Source: Nemertoderma westbladi (lineage: Eukaryota; Animalia; Xenacoelomorpha). From it: DNA of 62,900 nt. A model generated the notes under the pieces. It was not told where the DNA came from, did no database searches, and worked only from the letters and a program-made list of their open reading frames with translations. The stretch is taken from the NCBI GenBank assembly GCA_032718475.1, contig JAUCBJ010004355.1, positions 1 to 62,900 of the forward strand, in the 5' to 3' direction. Shown one piece after another: positions 55,801-62,900 of the stretch. Both the position numbers and the translations under genes were made by a program. How positions within the stretch are numbered: the first letter of the stretch is position 1; each line of letters opens with the position of its first letter.

Positions 55801-58800
55801 AACAAAATTTATTGGTTTGCCAAAGCTGGGGGATTGTCAACTTCAACTGTAATGTTTTCTGCCAATCGTTATAGTGGTGAGGACATTGAAAGATTAGAAA
55901 TCCCATACACAACTATGGTATTTGACATGGTGCTTGGTACAAAGGATGATACAAATGAAGTATCTGCATGCAGTTCAAATAATGGCGGATGTCAATATTA
56001 TTGTATTCCAAATTCATCAACTTCTAAATGTTTTTGTCCAGACAATTTGATTACAGCACAATTTTCTGAGCAAAATGAAACATGCGGATGTAAATCTGGT
56101 GAAAAACTGGTGGATGATTTCTGCTACATTATTGATAATTTTACAAATTGCAGGCCATCAGAATTTAAATGTAAGACCAATGGTGAATGTATAGATGTGC
56201 AAAAAAAATGTGACTACTCTTTTGATTGCTTAGATGAATCAGATGAAGAAGGATGTTGTCCGCCCAGTGAGTGGAGATGCCCTAGAAGTAACAGCAGTGA
56301 CCCATGGCAATCAATGATGAAATGTATTCCATTCGCATGGCGATGTGATGGTGATAATGACTGTGCCTATGGTTTGGATGAGGTTATTGACTGTAAAAAC
56401 AAAACTTGTAAAGATGGTTACTTTAAATGTGCAAATAACAGATGCATAACTGAAAGGTTCGTGTGTGATTTTGATAATGATTGTCATGATGGGTCTGATG
56501 AACATAACTGCCCAAATGTACCAATAGCATCAAGCTCCACAGCAAACCCTCCTATACCTGTTAATTGTGATGGTAATAATACGTTTCAGTGTGAAAAGAC
56601 GCACAGATGCATCCCAGATACTTGGAAGTGCGATGGAGAAAATGACTGTGGTGGCAATGACAAATCTGATGAGGAAGGGCTGAATTGCACACATAAATGT
56701 AATTCTCGTATACAATTTACATGCAATAACTCAAAATGTATATCTTTACTATGGGTATGTGATGGTGCAGATGATTGCGGTGACTTTAGTGATGAGAATG
56801 TTAGTGAGTGCAGATCATCTCAAACTACAATATCACCAGATCCAACTCCACCATTTGATATATGTAAAAATGAAATGTCTTTCCACTGTGCATCAAATAT
56901 GGACATATGTATACCTGGATCATGGCAATGCGATGGCATCAGTGACTGTCCTGACATGAGTGATGAGCAATTTTGTACAATTCCTAATAACTCAACAACT
57001 AATAATAATTGTTCGGCCTATGAATTCTCATGTCAGAGTCTTGACAGATGTATCAGTTTATCCCAGGTTTGTAATGGCTTTAATGACTGTCTGGACTGGT
57101 CTGATGAGAAAAACTGTGATACTTCAACTACTCCCACCCCATTACCATGTGGAATGCTTTATTGGGACTGTCAATCTGATATAGAACCACGTTGTATTCC
57201 CCCTGAATTTGTATGTGATGCTAATCCAGACTGTGCTAATGGATCTGATGAATCACCAACTCTTTGTGATTCAAATACTGCTCAAAATTCGACAAGTCAA
57301 CCAAATTGCGATGACTTCTCTTTCCAGTGCAATTATGGTCAATGTATAGATATACGATTTCACTGTGATGGGAAATTTGATTGTTATGATGGATCAGATG
57401 AGTCTGGATGTACTGATAATATCCCTCCACCAGTAATACATTGTAATTATCACAATGAGTTCTCATGTTTCAATCGCAAGCAATGCATACCTCTTAGTGA
57501 AGTCTGCAATGGAAGACCAGAATGTAAAGATGGAAGTGATGAATATGCTGGAGTATGTAGCATGAAAATAGTCATCAGCAATCTGAATGCATATGTAGTT
57601 GATTGGAACACAGTACTTCTATTGTGGAATTATCCAATAAATGAACATGGCCATAGTAACTATAAATATAGAGTCTTCTACAGGATACTTTACCACAATT
57701 CTACAAACGAAAGCTTTTCTGTTGTAGGCCAAGATTTGCCAAAGGACATAACTGAATACAAATTTCATAAGCTGCAACCAGATACAACGTATCTGTTTGC
57801 AGTTGCTGTGATAATTAATGGTACAAATCAAGGGAAATCACATTCTGTTGAAATCCGTACACGGGAAGGAAAACCAACACCTCCTCAATACTTTAAGGTT
57901 TACATGCTACATAACACAACTAACATGGTTAAGGCAACCTGGGATCCTCCAAAGTTTCCAAGAGGACGCATTACAAACTATTATCTATTGTACAGAGAGA
58001 GTGATCAACTTCAATGGGAATCTATGACAATAGTAACCACACAAACATATATAAGTTTACCAAAACAAAATGAAACATATGAGTTCAAGGTATGTGCAAA
58101 AAATCGAGCTGAAAGCAGCAATTTCACTAATATAGTGAAAATTACTGTGGGAGACACAGCAATTATTCGGGAGTGCATCTTCATAAATCGGACGAGATCA
58201 TTTGCCACCAACACATCCATCACATTATATTGGCACACCATACGAGAGAAGTCTAGTAACTCCAATTACGAAATTGTTTGTAGTGGTCATAACTTTCATG
58301 TAAATGTGACATTATCATCTGTAGTCTTAAACTATACAATAGAGAAACTTAGACCTGGAGAATATTACACCTGTTATGTAGTAGCATTTAATTCGTATGG
58401 CATGGGTCCACAGTGTGAGGCATTCCGGGCACTCACAGGAGGAATTCCTATTCCTATTCCCAGAATTTATAAAATAATTCCTATTGAAACAACATCACTT
58501 GAGATAAACGTCAGTAACTATACATATGATTATTATCACAACAGCACTTTAATCTTGTATTGCGATTTAGCTTCCGGAAGCTACACCATAATTCCGTTAT
58601 GTAAATTCGAATATAAAGTGTCAATTCAAATTAACAAAAGTATCATTGTGGTTAATGGATTGAATCCCGGAACTACTTATGGATTTGTAGTCGCTGTCAA
58701 ATATGAAGGTATTGTAGGGCATCCTAGTCCATATGACGGTATTGTTGGGCAGCCTAGTCCTGTCACATATGAAACGACTAAGTACAGCACAGATTTTCCA

Positions 58801-59695
58801 CCAACTCATGTTCAATGCTACAATGAAACTACAGATAGTATCAATCTCAATTGGACACAGCCAAAGAAAAATGCATCTTTATTCTATGTTTATGCTGTCA
58901 ATATAACTGAGGAAACGGATGATGAAAGTGGGTGGTCAAAAGCATTTACTAAAAGAATCAAGGGAATCTTTACTACAGGAATGTTCATTTCTGACATTCC
59001 ATATGCTGGAGCGAAATACAAAATAACTGTTCAAGTAATTATACCGTTTACAAGTTCAGTCAGTAGTGTCACCACAAAGACAATAAAATACAGTCCACCC
59101 AGTCATATCAATGTTTTCTTGTTAAGCGCCAATAAGGGTGAAATTACATGGGATGACCCTGAGGGCCCTTGGAATAATAAGGTGGGATTTGCAATTTACT
59201 CATCTTCAATGGAAAACACAAAAAATATTTCCGCTGAACAATTCACCAAAAATCCCCCAAAGAATATACCACAACTAAATATAGTAAAAGAAACCTATCC
59301 GAATACCCACAGCTTCATTATTGGAAATCTCACTCACAATTATATATATTTCTTTGCCGTGAGCACAGGAAAGATTGGCTCATATTATGGGCAAATATCA
59401 GAAACAAAAGCACTGATCTCTCAGACAATTGATTCAATCCCAAATCATCCACCACAACCCAATAATGGTGTAATTACTCGTTCCAACCTACTAGCTATTG
59501 TTGCACCCATAGCCTGTGCCTTCATTGTTATTCTAATATGTTTTGGTATATTTATGATTCGCCATCAACGATTGCGAAGGGTCGTAGCGGCTTACACCAG
59601 TAACAGCCGTTATTCCACATTGTCCGAAGAGGTTTCCTTCCATCCATCACCCCCTCGTCCAACCGAAAGGACTATTAATGCATCAATACCTGAAG
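52879..59695 (+). CDS. SORL1: Sortilin-related receptor (SorLA/LR11)-like, giant coding exon 1
   Basis: ATG at 52879 (ORF track starts at an upstream GTG). Signal peptide [16 protein letters not shown], furin-like KRAKR, VPS10 domain with BNR motifs ([32 protein letters not shown]) and Cys-rich 10CC, divergent YWTD propeller plus EGF, 10 LDL-A repeats, ~6 FN3 repeats, [26 protein letters not shown], tail RHQRLRR...YTSNSRY. Ends at donor GAAG|GTAAGT. Confidence 0.93.
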
Positions 59696-60186
59696 GTAAG
59701 TGTGCTTATACTGTAGTAGGAATTCTAGCACACAATAACTAAGATACCAGATGATAGGTGCGTATATGTATTAGTATTATTATGTATACAACAATGTCCA
59801 ATAAGCCGCAGTCTTACAAGACAATTGTTTTGTTAGTCATAAATGTTGTCATTTATAAGATTCAGTTGCTGGATTTTCAAGTCGGTTAGGAAATCTAGTG
59901 CTTCTGACTCTGGAGCATTTATTTATTTGTATTATAAAGATTAGGCCTACAGAATAACATTAGGCCTACAGTAAAAACATGTTATGATATTATAATAAAA
60001 ATGTTGATTTTTATATCGCTGAATAATATATAATTAGAATTGTCATTTAATAGGCCTATAATTCAGTACCCTAATGAAATGTGCTTGTTTTTTTCAAAGA
60101 AAAAAAACGATTTTTATAAAAATTAGTTGCAATGATGAATCAAATGTGTATTATGTTAAAATTACTATTGTTATATTTCATTTAAG

Positions 60187-60260
60187 AATTGGAAGATTCC
60201 GACTTGGATATGTTCAGTGGTCTAGTTTCCGTTGACGATGAGCCATTGGTTCTGGCCTAA
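60187..60260 (+). CDS. SORL1: SORL1-like terminal coding exon
   Basis: After TTTCATTTAAG| (phase 1) reads (E)LEDSDLDMFSGLVSVDDEPLVLA-stop, matching the SorLA acidic cluster and C-terminal DDVPMVIA-type motif. Intron 59696-60186 (491 bp); spliced CDS 6891 nt = 2296 aa. Confidence 0.88.
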
Positions 60261-60265
60261 CCCTC

Positions 60266-60436
60266 AATAAATAACACTCAAACTACAACCAAACTAAAAT
60301 GCATCAAATGTGAAGAAATTGCCAACTAATAAAGCTATTCACTCTGACTATATATATAATTAGTTCACAAAGACAATATATTACTTTTACGGTTCGTTTG
60401 TGTGAATTAAGGTGTGGAATTGCAAGATATAATAAA
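60266..60436 (+). promoter_or_regulatory. Candidate polyadenylation signals of the SORL1-like gene
   Basis: AATAAA at 60266, 60328 and 60431. The context is AT-rich, so the functional site cannot be chosen. Confidence 0.35.
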
Positions 60437-61314
60437 AACATTTTTACATTTACATTTTACGATAATGATATTTTTTATGTTAAATTACAAACGTGATGTA
60501 ATTTAATGGTTTAATGGTAATGATTTAATGGTTTATATATATTTATATATATTGTAACATTATGTTTGTTGTATATATATATATCATATTTAAAGGAGAA
60601 TGTACCTACCCAATAAATTTCAGCAAATTTCATCAAGCCGTTCTCGAGAAATGTGTACCTTTATCCGATATGGCGGTTTTCATGGTCGCTGTTATCATTT
60701 CCGTTATCAGTTTTAAAGTTTGACATAATCTAGACTGTCCGTCTGCGTGTATGTATGTCATTCTGTCAGTCAAAATATAAGGAAGCACTCTACAAACAGA
60801 CAAACATACTTGATTCCGTCAAACATTAAAAATGACACCAGAATTGAAATAATAGCGATAAATTTAGTTAGGTAATGTGTTTCCTTATTATATATGTTGA
60901 CAGACTGACCGACAGAAAACCTTTGGTGCTGTGAAAAATGTTAAAAAATAGTTCTTTGTTTAAAAATACCATGCCATAAAAGTCGAACGTACATAAGTCG
61001 AAAATAAAAATTGATTGGAAAACGGTTTTTTTCCCCGGAAACTACATCAAATCTGGCATTTAATTCCACAATAAAAAAAATCAAATTTTTGAACCCCCAA
61101 AGGTACATTGTAACCGTAAGATTTGTCTTTGATTGATATATATACAACATGAACTCGCCCCTATTTGTTTTTTATATTGTAATCATCACCACACCAAATG
61201 TTTCTGCAAATGTTGATTATTAATTTAGTAAGTATTATTATACGGATGACGCTTATTGAAAGCAATTTTTATTTTTTTTTAGTTTTATTTTATTTTTTTT
61301 TTACACATCATCCT

Positions 61315-62790
61315 GGAATATAGTGTCGTTATTCAGGTACCTGGAGTCCTGGACACCCCCATTATTCTACAACTCTTAATGAGATTGCATGAAATTTGTT
61401 TCATATCCTTCGTGGGTGAGCCCTCATTATTATTTTTGCTTTAATTCTTTAGCTACAAGCTTTTGAAAAAAGATGTCTCCGTCGATATTGCACCAGTTAC
61501 ACCGCTGTTTTCTTCGACCTTATAGTGGTTTGTAGTAGGGATGCGACAGAGCTCCGGCTCCGGAAATCCGGAGCTCCGGGCCAATTTTCTAGTTCCGGCT
61601 CTGGGCAAATTAACCCGGAGCTTATGTTATTTAAATATGAATTAAAATAATAAGTTTTTCTGATGTATGAAAAATGTAATGTAAATATCATAGTAATCGT
61701 TCGTCAGTCTAGAACCCCGATCAGCCGATTCCACTGACACCCCCCCCCCCCCCCCACCCCTCATCCCCAACAGGCTGGTACTGTTCATTTGTATAAAATA
61801 ATCAGTTTAAATACTTATAATTCTAGAACTATTTTATAAGTGTGAACTGAAAAGTCTAAAACATCAGTATATTTTAGCCCAATGAACACCAGATAAGGGA
61901 GTCTTTTGGATGCAATCAAAATGCATCCCTCTCCAGGAGAAAATCGGCGCAAATAACTGCTGATTACTCCCAAAAATAAAACTTTAACCTGTTCTATTGA
62001 ATATAGTTTATTGTTTTAATTAGAATAGAATAGCTTGCGACTGTAAAGTGCTCATTTCCCTTAATTGATAATTTAACATTGAGGCGAGATATTAATTCGC
62101 CGAGTAATAATTTGCATCAAATCACCCACCCCCCCCCCCCCCCCCCCCCCCCGTTTCCTGAACGCATATCTGTCTATGTCTACTTGAATAATACACTTGA
62201 ATTATAAATCACCAAAACTCCGTCTCCGGCCGGAGCTCATATTGTAACACGGAGGAACCTCCGGGCTCGCGGATGAAATTTTAGCTCTGTCGCATCCCTA
62301 GTTTGTAGCAATGCAAATCGGGTCGTGTAAGGATTTCAAATATGTAAAAATATTTGAATTTGGTTGGGAAATAGCGGAGATATGGGCAATCGAATGTATT
62401 TTTGCTTCCACTGCAGGCCATTTATTCTATTTAATAAATACACAATGTTCTAGAACATTTTGTTTATCTCATAAGTATCTGGGCAACAATGCAATGATAC
62501 ACCATGACCCGTAATATAGTGTCATTTTCTGATGACACGGACCCCCCCCCCCCCCCCCCAAAAAAAAAAAAAAAAAAATTCTACAAATCTTTATCATATT
62601 TCTTGAAATTTGAAACACAACTAGTTCAACTCACCGTGGTTCTACCATGAAGGATTCAAAATATGTAACAATGTTTGAATTTCGTTGAGAAACAGCTAAG
62701 ATATTTACGTTCAAATCTTGCAAGAATTATCGTTCGCTGTAGTCCATTTATTCAATTTAATGAATACACAAAATTCTATAATGAGTTATT
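61315..62790. repeat. Older degenerate modular repeat hosting the hAT MITE
   Basis: Similar blocks AAGGATTTCAAATATGTAAAAATATTTGAATTTGGTTGGGAAATAGC (~62329) and AAGGATTCAAAATATGTAACAATGTTTGAATTTCGTTGAGAAACAGC (~62650); AATATAGTGTC...TTCTACAA...GAAATTTG at ~61317 and ~62513. Confidence 0.4.
61536..62300. mobile_element. Non-autonomous hAT-superfamily MITE (765 bp)
   Basis: Perfect 18-bp TIRs TAGGGATGCGACAGAGCT / AGCTCTGTCGCATCCCTA, perfect 8-bp TSD GTTTGTAG (61528-61535 and 62301-62308), subterminal CCGG-rich motifs, Ac-like TAGGGATG terminus. Confidence 0.92.
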
Positions 62791-62900
62791 TATTTTGTGA
62801 GTTGGTGGGCAACAGCGGTATGCATATCGCGGAGCTACTAGCTATTCATACATGGGCCTACACAAAATGTTCCAGAATATTGTGTATTTATTAAATAGAA

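Noticed and set aside
53515-58815. Small alternative-frame and antisense ORFs within the SORL1-like exon
   Set aside because: Shadows of the long coding frame with no recognisable motifs.
60589-60900. Possible Kolobok-like transposon end (TTAAAGGAGAA...)
   Set aside because: No convincing matching inverted terminus found.

Overview
Eukaryotic (animal, probably invertebrate) genomic DNA, not prokaryotic. About 48 kb of the window is two minisatellite arrays inside introns of a minus-strand UBE2J1/Ubc6-type ubiquitin-conjugating enzyme gene, of which two coding exons are visible (39534-39681 and ~91-278). Main observation: the 39.3-kb intron between these exons is built almost entirely from copies of its own splice junctions. 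It holds ~1000 tandem copies of a 39-bp unit (last 29 nt of the upstream exon plus the GTAAGT donor) and 6 copies of a 49-bp unit (acceptor plus first 18 nt of the downstream exon), separated by only ~45 bp of unique DNA. Use of any decoy donor or acceptor gives an in-frame stop. A second, G-rich ~44-bp array (8.4 kb) lies upstream of the first visible exon. On the plus strand is a SORL1/SorLA-like receptor gene (~2296 aa) with almost the whole CDS in one 6.8-kb exon plus a 74-bp terminal exon; it may be nested antisense in a UBE2J1 intron. Small non-autonomous DNA transposons (a hAT MITE with 8-bp TSD, a Mutator/foldback-like element), a 92-nt hairpin and enriched TAGGCCTA/TACCGGTA palindromes fill the rest. 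The long ORFs in the arrays are repeat artefacts. All homology calls are from recalled sequences; no searches were run.
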